A stretch of 56,685 nucleotides of DNA, the filler included, from Bipalium vagum (lineage: Eukaryota): NCBI GenBank assembly GCA_037834085.1. It is 3 parts of 3 records of this genome, joined end to end, with 100 filler letters (N's around TTAATTAATTAA, not from the genome) between each part and the next. Parts side by side here need not be neighbours in the genome. Positions count along the whole stretch, not along the records: positions 38,921 to 56,685 come from JBBMKC010052512.1; 2 more parts are not named here. One strand, written 5' to 3'. The notes below the pieces were generated by a model. That model saw nothing but the letters and a program-made list of their open reading frames with translations, did not search any database and was not told where the DNA came from. Shown piece after piece: positions 41,195 to 55,500 of the stretch. The translations under genes were made by a program, and so were the position numbers. The first letter of the stretch is position 1, and every line of letters begins with the position of its first letter.

Positions 41195-41465
41195 AAATAC
41201 TTTTTTGTACCACCCTGAAAGCATGTGCCATTTTTAAGTGATTCAGTAAATGATAAAAATTGTGTTCTAAACTTTTCATATTTTTTATCGTTTTATTTTA
41301 TCTTTGATATAATTAGCTTCTTCAGGTTTAAGTTTTAATAATTGGCTCTCAAATTTTTCTATTTTTTGTATGTCTTATTTTTTTCTTCAATTATTTTAAT
41401 TGATTTTGAATATTAAATAAAAGAGAATTATTTGTTTTACTAATTGCATTAAATAAATAGTCGGA

Positions 41466-41741
41466 TTAAATCCTCATGAAACCTTGTTTCATATACTTTA
41501 AATTTACAATATCATTATCATTAATAGGATCAGGAGTATTTATTAATTCATTATTATTCATATTTAAAATTCCTTTCATAGAATCCACGGTAACATTTAA
41601 AAATTTATTTTTACTTTCATCTCTAATAAAATCAATTTCTTCTCTAACGTCATTTTCATTATTAAAATTAAACTGAAAAGGTGATTTTGAATAAATATAT
41701 TCTCCATTTTTAACAATATTAACAAATACTTGATCACTCAT
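41466..41741 (-). CDS. Small ORF with a fibre/adhesin neck-like motif
   Basis: 91 aa containing DSMKGILNMNNNELINTPDPINDNDIVNLKY, which fits the GxLxMxxxxIxNxxxPxxxxDAxxxxY motif of tail-fibre and trimeric adhesin proteins. Confidence 0.55.
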   Translation of the reverse strand: MSDQVFVNIVKNGEYIYSKSPFQFNFNNENDVREEIDFIRDESKNKFLNVTVDSMKGILNMNNNELINTPDPINDNDIVNLKYMKQGFMRI

Positions 41742-41944
41742 TTTTAATTTTAAAAAATATTGGAGAAATTACAGAGGGTAGTTCTCGTTTATGAATTTGC
41801 TAAAATTTTATATTTGAAAAATCTGTACCCATTAGATGAAGCATATTTAAATACATTGCAAGAAATTTATAATAATTTGATAATGAGAATCTTTTATATT
41901 TCCTTAGGATGATTTATAATCTAATGTGCGAAGCTTCGATTTTT

Positions 41945-42171
41945 CTAAAATAGCAATCTAATTCTTCTAAAATATCTTCAAATGTTTTTCATGTATAAAG
42001 ATTATATAAAACATATAAGTTTAATTGTCCACACTAATCTAATTCGGTATCAGATTTGTTAAATGTTAATTTAATTTCTTTAACATGTTTTTCTAAATCC
42101 TTAAATTGAGGCAAACCATAAGAATCAATGTAAAAATTTTTATAATATCCAGCACAATGAATTCCTGCAGT
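41945..42171 (-). pseudogene. Adenain-like (Polinton C5-type) cysteine protease relic
   Basis: One frame: AGIHCAGYYKNFYIDSYGLPQFKDLEKHVKEIKLTFNKSDTELD*CGQLNLYVLYNLYT*KTFEDILEEL. Matches the pattern GxHW..Y.DS[FY]GLP..CG...LY.L, with catalytic H, D and C in order. Confidence 0.78.
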
Positions 42172-45100
42172 TCATTCCCATAAAATCGTCCTAATATTTT
42201 TTTCCATTTTTATCTATAATTCCATAAACAATTAGTTCAAAACTAAATTTTATTATAAATATTATACTGTTTTGTTATAATGCAAATTAAAGAAAATTTG
42301 ATTAACTCAATAAAACAAAAGGGATCCCAACCATAGTTTCTCCAAAATTTTTATTACATTCAATACAAAATAAATTCTCTGATTTTATTGATATTTATAA
42401 TTATAAAATGTTTATTACGTATAAATAGTGAGTTACTAAATTTAAAAATGTATAAAAATCAAGAAATTTATAAAATTAATATAAAACATATTGTAAAATC
42501 AATGAAATACTTTTATTAAATACTTCATAAAAATTTTTTAAAAAATAAAACAATAGATTTATGGATATTGTATTACAATCATAAGTTTTAAAATTCAAAG
42601 AATTAAAACACTAAAATCAAAAAATTGATACAAAGGAAAATCAATAACAAAAAGTAATTAATGAAAATTTTGATGGTAGTGAGGAAACTGCTAATTGCGC
42701 TGCTATTCAATTTTCGATATTCAGTATTCATAAAATTGAAATAATCAAAACTAAATTTGGCTTATTTGATATTATAGCTTGGGTGTTGATCGTAATTACC
42801 AGTTTCCCCACTACTCATGTGTTATCGTATTTTCATGACATTTTTTCATAGATGTATTTTAAAATAATAAAAATAGAGGTGTACAAGTAGAGGAAAAATG
42901 AAGAGTGAAGATACTCAAGTAGATTGATTTTCTTTCATATTTGTAGTAGGAAAACTCAAAATAAATCGACTCCGTAGCTCTAAAATATAAATTAGAAAAT
43001 GACATTTTAGTCAGAATTTATTCATTTTTTAGGCTTAAAAGGTTGAATTTTAATTTAGGCTGTGGTAAAATTGCTAAAAAGATTGTTATCCAGCCGAAAT
43101 TTTAAAAATCGCAGATTCTTCAGGTTTTGTGCTATTTTTAATCATTTTACCACCACTGGCAATTTTTTCGACTTGAATAACGAATTCATTTTAATTTCCT
43201 TTATTTTAATTTCAGGTAACGACTAACAATTGTAAAGAAGTTGAATAATTCTCCAGTATTGAATACAAGATATTGGAAGTGGAAAAATATTTTTTCTTTT
43301 ATTATTATTTTAATTTTACAAAGAATAGACAAATTCAGAGATGGTTGAAAACTTTGAAAATATTTTTATCTTACGGTGTAGTTTGAGACATTTATTGAGT
43401 AAAAAGTTTGTCTTGTACATAATAACTAAATAAACTTTCTAAAATTATACATTTATTTTACTTATTTCAAAACCAATATTCTTGAATTAATCTTAGGTTG
43501 AGAATGGATAATATGATATTTTTATTATTTATTATATTGTTCTAATATATTTTGATAACAAAACTATCACAAGTCAAAAAATCAAAATATAAACCATTTC
43601 AATTTTATTCGAATTATATTATTACAAATTACATTAGTAAAACATAAAAAATTATAACGTGATTAATATATAGTTATCAAAATTTTTATTTTGTTACATA
43701 ATATAAATAAAAAACCGTGATTTCTATACTGACTAGTGCTCTAATGAGTACTTTCATACACCAAAGGCCTTTGGAAAACATTGGTATAGATTTAAGTTTG
43801 GAAGTATTTTCTTATATTACTTGAAAGGTATAAAATATATTGTTCAAATATAAATCTCATTAAAACTAAAATCAATTAATTTTTATCAAATTAGAAAGCT
43901 GCAAAAATACATTCTAAAATATAAAATTATTTTAATAGCATAATAACAATATTTAATAAAGAAAATAATGATAGCTAATAATAGTAATAAAATATAAGAA
44001 ATTAAAACACTTACTATCACAAAATTGTCATGAATAACTTTAGATCCAAAAGCCTATTAAAATGTATTATATTTCTGAGAAACTTTAGTTAATCAATAGC
44101 ATGCAATAAAATGGGTTAAGTAAAAAATAAAATAATCTTCCATTAACCTAAAACTACAACAATTACGACAAGTATAGAAAAAACTGACCTTAAAGATGTG
44201 TAGCTTCTTCTTCTATATTTTAATTGAATAACTTAATTAAGTGTAATAAATTGACTGTAAATTAACAATTGCAGAAATAAAGTTTATAATATTTCGGAAA
44301 TAATGAACTTAATATGAAATTAATTCATTATAGAATCTTTATTAAAAGTAAAGCTGTTTACAACAAAAATTAAGATCTACACGATTTTAAAATAAATAAC
44401 TCTAAAGAACTATTTATTATAATGGTAATATGTAGATTGTAGGAGCTTTGTTTAATCTAGTACTTAAAAAAACAAACAAGCCAAAAAATATTTTTCCAAG
44501 ACAAAATACTTGTATGCAATCGAACCAGTTTATAAAGAATTTTTTATATCTAAAGTTAGAACTTCAGATACGAATACTCAAAATTTTGTAGGTGCTTCAT
44601 ACGTCTGAAAGAGCTCAACACTTAATTTTTTATGGCTGGGAACAAAAAGATGTGAATACAAAAAAAGATGAATATAGCGTATTAATTAATGTGTCATTAT
44701 TTCTACATTTTTAGTGACTGCTAAGTCGATTGTATGAGACATATTGAAGAATAGTTTTTCGATTATTCTCTATAATTTTGGAAACCACCTTTAGTACACA
44801 AACCTTTGTATACTATTGCCATTGACAGCTCTTTTATTCTCTAAGTTCTTTTAAAACGATGATTCACCATTGAATACAAAAACAATAGACTGTTCCTTAC
44901 TGTAAGGCTCTTATAAAAAACGTCAACGTTTCATTAAAAATTACCACTGTAGTAAAATAAAAATTGAAGGATTCTTATTAAATTATTTTATTTAATTACC
45001 ATAAATAATAAAAAAAAATAGTAGCACTAATTTATTTTCTACTTGCTTTATGGTATTTTTATGGAGGACTTTAACTTTTATTTCAGAGTTAATTACTTAC

Positions 45101-45213
45101 TGATAATATAATACTTGTAACACTCTGATTCTGCTTAAATACAATATTATGTTCTAACAAAATTAATTTTAATTTTAAACTAAAGGTAAATATAAAATTG
45201 TTTAAATTAAGTA

Positions 45214-46451
45214 TCAGATTGTCTAATAATTTTGTTTGTTCTCTTCAAACAAGGTACACAATAGGAACATTTATTTTTTGAAACAGATTAATAATAATCA
45301 ATATTAACAGATTAACAATAATTAATATGTTCTCCGCTATTGTTTATGATTCCACCCAAGGACTTGCTTGAAAAGCTTAACGGGTTTAAATGCGAACCAA
45401 TCACGAAGCCAATTTTCCAGTTTATCTTCATTATCAAACGAAATTTCCTTTAAAGCACGAGAAAAAGATTGATAGAGATGGAAAACGAAAAGAGCGAGGT
45501 CAGCTGAGTAGGCCGAGAGAGGAATGACCTCCAATCCAACAGAAATCTTGGGGCGGGCATTGTCGTGTTGAAGAAAAACATAATATATTGATGATCTGGA
45601 TGATTTTGAATAATTGAGTTGTTAATACGATGCAACTGTGCACTGCGGCTATGATTGTTTGACACCTTGCAAGCATTTCATGGTGAATAATGCCTGTCAT
45701 ATCCCACCATATGCATAGCATTAACTTCCTTGGATAAAGACAGCTGGTGATGCCTGTTCTAACCCATTCTTTCTTTGTTTGATATTAAGATTAGACAGTA
45801 CTTTTCATCCCCTCTAACCATTGAGCTCAAAAACGCCTGATGTTGATCATGGGTCAGGCGATATCGAGCGAGTAAAGAGATGTATATATAACTGTTTGAT
45901 CTTTGTTTTAACACTTTAATTTTTGTGACACCAACGAGCCATATTTTTGCAATTTTTCAACTGCATTTAGTACGGTTTGTGGTTACAAACCAATTTTGGC
46001 ATATACTCTCTTTTTTGTCTAGATATTTTAAGGAAACCTTCCAAACCTTTTACGAAAACCTTAGGACGCCACCATGAAGCCGGTTTTTTTAAGCTCAAAT
46101 TTCTCTTCTTTGAAGAGGACAATCCATTTTTGAGCTTTTCGTTGTCCTATAAAATCTACCATAAACCTCACAAGTCTTTCGAGCAATCTCAATAGCTTTT
46201 CGTAGTTCGCCGTTCTTCTTAATAGTAAAATTGAACTCTTAAAGAAATACTTATCGGAGATGTTCATTTTTTTCACTTGCATATCCATACAAAATATCCA
46301 AAATTTTTAAATATAAACACAAACAAAATATTAAAATAAGTTTGAAAGAAGATAACCATAGCTATAAAATAATAAATATTTAAATGATCTAATTAAATAA
46401 GTCTTAAAAATAAATGTATTTAAAAACGAACGAAATTATTGGACAACCTGT
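45214..46451 (-). mobile_element. Near full-length decayed mariner (~1.24 kb)
   Basis: TIR pair CAGATTGTCTAATAATTTTGTTTG / CGAACGAAATTATTGGACAACCTG; MLCIWWDMTGIIHHEML; QHDNARP; SAYSADLA. Confidence 0.88.
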
Positions 46452-46501
46452 ATAATTGAAATTTATCACAGTTTTTCTATAGTAGATAAATCTTAATTAT
46501 T

Positions 46502-49500
46502 CTATTTAGAATTTTTATTACCATTTGATAAGGAATTTGAGAATGATCTAAATTTTTCTTGATCATTTTTGTCTCCTGATATAACGGATGATTTACGACG
46601 AGGAGGAATGGGAGGAATTGACCCAATTGAAGAATATGGTGGAGGTAGAATATGTCTCCTTTGGGATCCAGATGGGTCCAAGTATTGTAATTGACCAGAA
46701 AGTACTGTTTACATTATTTAAATATTAAAAATATAAAAAATATTGATTCATACTGTTACACGCGTTTGTCTTATTAATTATTTTTGAGTTTAATCGATAA
46801 CTATTGTGATTTGTAAATTCGGAAAATTGTTCCGAGCCACTTGAGTAAGTAGTTTGACTAGATTCTTTTGAAGAAATTGATCCACCAGTTGAATTCCGTA
46901 TACTTACAATATCTTCTATCGAAAATATAAAAACATCATTATAAAGTAATTCTTTCCTAAAATAATTTCAAATTTTAAAAATCATATAAACTACTAGAAT
47001 CGAAAAAAATATATTTGACATTTTTTTGTAATGTCAATATTAATAATAAACTTATTTCAGATAATATTTTATTGATTATTAAACAAATTTTTGATTTTGT
47101 TCACTTGACTCAATAACTGAAAGATTTAAATTTTTATGATCTTACTTAATATTAAGTGGGTTACACTGTAAAAAAACTTGAGCATTCAGTATTTACTTTA
47201 TCACCTTTCAAAACAGCCAAACATGAAGCGATACAAATACCCTAATCCTTATAACCCAATAACCCGTAAACAATTTAAAGAAGTGTTCCGGGAACGCTTT
47301 GAGTTCCTGAATCAACTTTGTATTTACATTCTCAATAAACTGGAAAAAGTTTCCTTGCAGTTATGGAAATAGAAAAAATTCAAGAAGTGTATGGACCTTT
47401 TCGAATGTTATTTATTTTTTTATGACCATGAATTTCCTTTCCAAAATCTTACGACGAATATTATATTACGAATTATTATATTACGAATCGCTGAATAATA
47501 TGGATATTGAATGATAAATAGATTGTTCTTAAATTTTGTTCTGTACTTGAGAAGAGTACATTTAACTAATTTACATTTAATAGAATCCTATGGACTTAAA
47601 TACTCAATAATCCAATCTACTACCGATGACTGGCAAAGAAGAGCTGACAAACCTTCGGAAAGAAACCAAAAAATGATTTAAACGAATTGAACACGTTAAA
47701 AAATCCGACTAAGATGGTCAGCGTGTTTCATAAAATAAATGTTGCTTTAGTTTTCTGTAAATTTTATAACAGAATGTAATTTTTACAATTCTGAATGAAA
47801 ATGAAAAAATAATTAAGAATTACATACCTTTTTCATAACTATTAACGGTACTGGCTGAAAAAATACCTGCATTAGTAGACCTGGATACATTTGGAGTTAA
47901 GCCAGTCATTTCACAACGTGGTTCACATTTATAAGACATTGATAACAAGAGAGCATCATCTCTTTCCATTTGCTCAACTTTGCTAATAAAATGTTTGACT
48001 CTAAGACGAATAATTTCATTTTCATATATTTTCTTCTGGTTTACACAATTTGATTTTCTTTTGTTTAAATGACTCTGACTGGTTGATAAGCTTTTAGAGT
48101 TCACTAATTTTAAACATAAATTATTTAAGATTGTTTAAATAAAATTCTAAAAATTAGTAATAAGAATAAAAATATTTAAATATTAATAATAAATACAAAT
48201 TCTAGCAAGACTAATTTTTAATTCATTAAAAATATAAATTAATAATTTTATTTGAGTATTTTAAATTATATCAATAAACAAAAATATAAAATACAGAGGG
48301 AGAGAATTTGAATTTATTGTTATTTAAATGAATTCAAAAATATCTCAATTTAAACAAAGTTATTTGAAAAAAGCTGGCTTATCTGAATTATTTAGTTAAT
48401 AATAATATTTATGTAAATTTCATATAAATTTATTTTATATTTGTTTAAATATTTCTATCTTTTACAAAACTATTCAAATATCTTACTTAAAATTAAAGAA
48501 TCATAAATATTAATTACAATTGACAATTACCAAAGAAATTTTTAGAAGTATAATATGCCAAATAAGAAAACCAAAAATTCGTTTAACTTTTACAGAAGGA
48601 GCCGATGTTCTCAAATTACTGGATAATAAATTGAAGACACAGTTGATATTGTATAAAAGATTTCTATTTGGAATAGAAAAAAGAAATTGAAAATGGTATA
48701 TTTAAAGTTTAGGAATGATCAATCGGAAGTTTTTAAAGAAAGCACCTAGAGTTGGAAAAGATTATTTTGGAATTCGTCAAATTAATGAGAAATAATAAAC
48801 TTTCTATTAATACCGATATAAAATTAATACAAAAATATTGCAAGAAGTTTAAATATCTATGATTTTAAAGGTAGTGATGGGTGGGTATTCTGGATTTCAG
48901 AAAAGATAGAAGCAAAGAAAAATCTAAGCTAACAATTGATCTATACATTCCTCTTTCGATCGATAGAGGTGATCCAGACATCATGGACGAGTTTAGTATG
49001 AGATAATTATTGGAATTTAGTACGAAACAGCAAATGATATGCACAAAGAGGGAGGTACTAATCGATCACCATTAAGACCAACGTTAGCTTCTTTACTTGT
49101 TTTGAATAATAATGACTTTAATTATTTTCAAAATGTTTTCTTTAAGCGTCTTCTCAACGACCAGGAACAGAAAAAACATCAAATCGATTTACAGACTGTT
49201 TCATTTAAAGCATTACATTCATTTGGTTGTTCTTGCAATGGTTCATCTATCTTTTCATCTGAAAAATCAACCACTTTTTAATGTATGAAAGACACACATT
49301 TTCAGTAATTTGTTAAATATTGTAGTCACCGTTGCAGTTAATGTATAATGAATATTTTATTTCAATTTAACGATTTTGACCCACCCGTCTGTCAATGCCT
49401 GAAAAATGAAGCATAATCTAAAATAAAAATTATTATATTAACTATTTTAAATATTATGTCAACCAACATGTGGTAATATTCCAGTTAAATAAAACTAAAT

Positions 49501-52500
49501 ATTCTAAGATTTATTAAACTACTATTTTAAAATTTAATGATTTAATAAGTTATAAAAAATAGTTGGTTTATGAAATTATGTACTGAAATTTGCGAAAAAA
49601 CCTTACAGACATGGATTCCTCGAATTATGAGAAACAATTCAATTTTTGTGATACGAAGAGTAGAAGATTAAACTTGGTTGTAGATTTCATTAATTAATTT
49701 TGAAAATTTCTCGTCAATTGTTTTATTACAGATACTTAGATTAAAATCAGGAATTTGTGATATTTAAAATATATGTAATACGAAATTTCGTTTATATCTG
49801 ATTATTATATCTGACTTGAAATGCGAGCAATGTTTTTAAGGAATTAATTCAACAGTAAAGACAAAACCTATTAAAGAAAAAAAATTCACCTTTATGATCA
49901 ATTTTATCTAACATTTCTCTAAAGAACACATTCTGAGATGATTCATCATTTTCTAAATGTTGCCAGGTTTCTTCACCTTCACAGCCATAAAGAAGGTTTT
50001 TAAAGGATCGAGCACGATTTGCCATTATTCGTAATTTATCAAAATTTATTAAATATTCACTGTCGGATTTTTGATCATTTTCTGGTCCATCAGCATTAAC
50101 CTTTGTTGGATGGACTTCGTTAATGGTTGTTAAGTCTTTCGTTACGAGAGCAGCCATTGGTATAACCGGAGATTTACATGATTTGTGAAGACTTCGTAAC
50201 AGTCGCATGTTACCAGACACATCCAATAATTGCTGCATCTGACGATACATTTTTAATTCTTTATTCGGTACTTTTTCCCAAGTTGCACGAAGACGACTAA
50301 TCTCCACTGAAATATTTTTTTAAAAATTCATCTCTAAATAAATAACTAAATGAACTTATTCTTATTTTACAAAAAAATTATCGGAAAATAGATAATTTTA
50401 AATCATAAAAATAAAATTAGTGTATTAATGTGATTTTTGATCAATCGGTACAAATTAAAATAATAATAAGTAATAAAATAATTTTCTAACTAACTAAAAA
50501 ATTATAAGTTTAGAGCACATAAGTAGAGATTTTTTTAAATATAAAATTAAAATTCATAATCATTTAATGTCAAAAAATAAAAACTGAGTTAAGTTAAATA
50601 AGTATTTATTGAATCACTTCGAGAAAAGTGATTAAAATAAATACGGAAAGTAAAACAAAGTTATTAAATATCAAAATTAATAATAAGAGAATTGCTTACG
50701 CTTAGTAGCACATTAATAATTATTGATAATAATAATATATTAATAACTTGAGAAATGCTATCTGGTAGAGACTTTAACAGATCTTACAATGTTCTCTTCT
50801 TGTGTCCTCCAAAGAACGGGTGATAGAAGATTTCAGTTTTATGATGGACTGGAATTGTCTTCTATCTTCAAAAATTGTGTACAGACAATTCTCATAAATT
50901 TTATATAGGACTAATGAGGCCAGGTTGGATCCATCAGGTGGAATCAAATAAAAGAAATTGATCAGCGAGCTAAAGATTTCAATGAAGAAAATTAACAAGG
51001 ATGCAACTGTGGACAATTTATAATCCTGGTATCGTCGATCGTATCACATTTGAAAAGGTAAGAGTAAATATATTTTTTGATGTTCAAAAATAAGTTTATT
51101 CTAGAAAGTTTCTTTTACTTAAAATATATTTGAAGTTCAATTTATTTTAAAAATTTTGAAATTTAAACATGAGTATCATTATATGTTGAACACCGTTATA
51201 ATTTGGTCATCTTATTTAGTAAAAATATGTTAAACTTTTTAGTAAATTAAGAAATCAGATTTAAATTATCAATTATTTAAAAATCAAACAAGAGGATATA
51301 AAAAAATATTACTGATAATAATAATAAAAATGTCTCAAATATATAATTTAAAATTTATATAATTCAAATTCATTAACATACCTCTGTCTAAACCATTCAT
51401 CAGTGAAAAGAAAATTTCAATATTACCGAGCTCCTTGCAAAGTCGAGCTAGTCTTATTAATCGTTTTAAAATTTTACTGCGTCTTGTGGTACTTTGACTT
51501 TCAATGCAAACGACATTGACAACAAAATATATATACTTTTCCCCGAGCTTAAGATATTCCTGGAAATTATTAAGAATTTCAGTTTTCATATCTCGAGTTT
51601 CGTTATTAGCTTCATTTAAAAATTTTCGATCATTTTGATCAGGTTTTGATTTTCCGATCAAACCCTCTTTTCTTGATTTTCCAGTAACAAAATCAATTAT
51701 TTCCGACAAATTTATCCTTTTGAAAGAATTATAACTCTCAACGAAAATCTGAATGGCCAACTCACAAACAGGAAGATCGAGAAATGATACATTCATTTGA
51801 GAATTAATTTCTTCAATATCAGAATTATCAATTAATTGTCCAGAGAAGTCTCGTCGTTTTAAATAGAACCGGGTGTTCAGTTTTAGGCTGTAAATAATAT
51901 TTTCATGAAGAAAAAGGAAAGAGTAAAAATAATTTTGATCTTATTAAATTTTTTTAATAGAAAATGATTATTATATTATAGAAAAAAATTATATTATAGA
52001 TTATAATAGAAAATGAAATGACATAAATTATTTTATTATAAGATAATTTTCTGTGACTTTATTAGTTTATTGTAAATTATCATTGTCCGGTATTAGTATG
52101 TTTATGATTACAAAGATTGTTCCATTTTAAGGATTATCATATTGATATCATATTAAACTTTTCCCTTACAGCAGAAAGTGATTTCAAGCGATTAATAAAT
52201 ATTCAATTCAGCAACTTCATCTTAGAGCAATTAACGAAAAAAATTATGAAAGATCTTCGACGATTGTTCTTCAAAATCAATAGTATTTTTCCGACGAATT
52301 TGAAATATTTCATATTATTATATTATATTTGATTGTCAGTTATGAAAAAATACGTGATAATAATCGATGAGGTGTAATTAAAAAATCATATGAAATATGT
52401 GCACATGAAAAAGTGTAAAATTAAATTATTTATAATTTTTAATAGATTAAATTAAAGACGTAGACTGATAAATTTCAATAAAAAAGATTCAACTACGAAA

Positions 52501-55500
52501 TTTTAGCTGATAACCATTTAAGTTAGACTGATACGGTTAAATAAATTCATAATACCTTTTTATAAACATACTTTCATTAACTATAGAACATTATGGGTAT
52601 TTTATAATAATGTGGAAGACATGGAGAAGCCACACAGTTTTATGTATACCTGATTTATTGAATTCTTGTATAATTATATGAACATGTTAGTGGAAAAGGG
52701 TGATAAATAAAGATTATAACACATGCATTACATATTATTCATTAACTTATTATTTAAAAAAATTTCTAAATAAATATTAAAAGATTACTGGAAATTATGC
52801 AATAACAAAATACAATGCCATCCATATGTTTGGAACCATCCCTGTAATTTACAGTCGGCGCTCAGTTATTTGAACTCTTAGTTATTTGAACTTTCAGTTA
52901 TTTGAATAATTTTTTGAAAAATGAAGACATGTCTATTCAAACAAAGCTGGAAGATCATGGATTTGTTTTAAAATAAATTTTATTTGTAATTGAGTTATTT
53001 CAATAATTGAGTTTTTTGAACTTTTTTGAAATCCCCCCGAGTTCAAATAACTGAGCGCCGACTGTACATAAAATTATGGAAACATAATTATGAGCACTTT
53101 TATGTACATAACGGTCCATAAAATATTTAAACCTTAAAATTTTCAACAATTTAGTATTTAAACTGCTATAAAACAAACAATTTTTAAGATAATCAAAAAC
53201 GGTTTATTGCATGTTATGGAATATTTATTTACCAATTCAATACATTAAGAATATTTTCATTCATTTGTAGATCCTCCGACCAATTTGATTACTTCCTTCA
53301 AAAGAATAGGTATACTCCAAATCAGGTTATTGATGAATTCTCGTAGAATTGCTTCCAATTCTGACCTAACCAGTTCCCAGAGATCTTGTTTTATGCTAAT
53401 ACCTTTTCCATGAATCCTTCTATCAATATAGTCCCATATATCTTCAATCGGGTTTAAATCGGAAGATTTTGGTGGGCAATCCGGGATATAAGTATCGATT
53501 TTTGTTCCAGCTACATTTTCACCGATTTCGCTTTATGACGGCGCATTTCTTCTTGAAATAGATATTCATCATCTGGATGCACTCTAGAAATAGATTGAAG
53601 CAAACCATTCTTCAAAAACTCTTGGCAACATACAGTATTCATCTTCATGCCTGTGACATTTACCAGCAATCCACACCTTGACGGCTAAAGCAGCCCAAAA
53701 CCATAATCCCATCATTAAATTTCGATGGTTTTGTAAGACATTCCTGTAGGGTTACATTTGATCTTCTGATACACATTTCTGGTCGATCTGACAAAAGACA
53801 AAACCCAGGTTCGTCAAACCAAATCACTGATCTCCAATACTCAAATGTTTCATTTTCATATTTCTTATCCCATGCAAATCTTTTTTGAATATTAGCAGAT
53901 AACATCGGTTTAAAAATAATCTTCAGAACAGCAATATGGGAAACAGATAACTGATACTTTTCCAACATCATCCTATTTACCTGTCCATAGGAAAACCCTG
54001 AATCACAAAAAGGGGATATCTTTGAACGGCATTCATTTGATAATTGATGGCCACGTGTGGAATTCATTACTGTGTATCTCTTAACCATAAGATAAAGATA
54101 CTTTATGATGAATTTTAAAAATATCTTCAGTATTATTTGAATTTGCAATTTTCAAACCAAATAATTTGAAATTTGAAAGAATTTCATTTTGATGTATAAT
54201 TAAACAACATTATTAAACTTGTTTGAATTATACTTCATCTAAAATCTTTAACCTTTAATAAATACTTAAAGTAATATGATTATTCCTGCGGCCAACTAAA
54301 CAAAAAACACACCTTTAATTAAAAGCTGTATCCCAACAATATTCTACATGACATTAAATTTTAAATTTCTGTACTGGCTTTAGTTACTAATGTTCTAAAA
54401 CATGCAAAAAACCGTTTCTGATTATCTTTTTTTGTAGAGAAAAGAATTTTTCAAAAATATGATTTTGTTAGTTATTAGGTTGTAACATTCAAAATCCAAC
54501 TTATTATACACTAATTTTTGAGACCATATTTCTCAACAATAAATAAAAAAAATTTATAATTACTATTTATTTAAAATGTTAGTAACATGTTGTTTTACTG
54601 ATTAGTTTGATTTAATAATTTTACAAAATTTTAAATAATTAGATAAAATTAATTTTAGATGAATACTTTAGAAATTCATATCAGGAATTGTTTGATATAT
54701 GAATTTAGAAAGGGATCAACCAGCTTAAATGCATTAAAAACATATCACCAATCTATTCTGAATGTAATCTGTCACTAGATAAATGTCAAAGATGGTTTAG
54801 AAGATTTAAAGGCAGAAATTTTGATATTTCCGAAAGAAGAGGATGAAGTTCATCAAATTTGGATAATAATGTTCTTCTATCTCTTATCGAGGGAGGTCCT
54901 ATGTGTACAACGCGTCATTTGGGAGATCACCTTCAGGTCTCCCACACTACCATTGCCACTCATCTTTATGAACTAGGCAAAGTCCATAAGCGAAGGTTAT
55001 GGATTCCTTATTGCTTAAGTGAAAGCAACAAAAATAACAGTGTTGACTTTTTCTTCTCTTCTCCAAAGATTCCATAACGATATTTTTTTAAAAAGAATTG
55101 TAACAGGAGATGAGAAGTGAGTGTACCACGTCAACATGAAAAGAAAAAAGCAATGACTTAAGCCTGGCCAGAAGCCGATACCCACTACCAAACCAGACCT
55201 TCATCCTCGCCGAATTATGATGTCTGTTTGGTGGGATTATCGTGGAATAATATATTACGATTTTTTACCACGTAACATAATTATCACAGGACATGTTTAT
55301 TATGACCAATTAGAAAGACTTGAGGTGTAATTAAAAAATCCAGACCAGGATTGATAAACAGAAAGAATGTCATCATTCAACATGACAATGCCAAACCCCA
55401 TATTTCAAAAATCGTACAGGAAAAATTAAAAGCATTAGAATGGGAAGTAACATTAGAATGCCTAATCCGGCGTACTCACCTGATATTGCGCCTTCAGATT

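Larger units (their letters stand above)
38921..42200 (-). mobile_element. Decayed endogenous Polinton/Maverick-like (adintovirus-type) virus segment
   Basis: Co-located intronless PLA2 domain, adenain-like protease relic, fibre-like motif ORF and zinc fingers. Truncated on the left by the assembly gap. Confidence 0.8.

Noticed and set aside
52860-52910. Short spaced direct repeats (also 56625-56670) resembling a mini-CRISPR
   Set aside because: Units are 10-13 bp with almost no spacer, lie next to TIRs, and the context is eukaryotic with no cas genes; they are transposon subterminal repeats.
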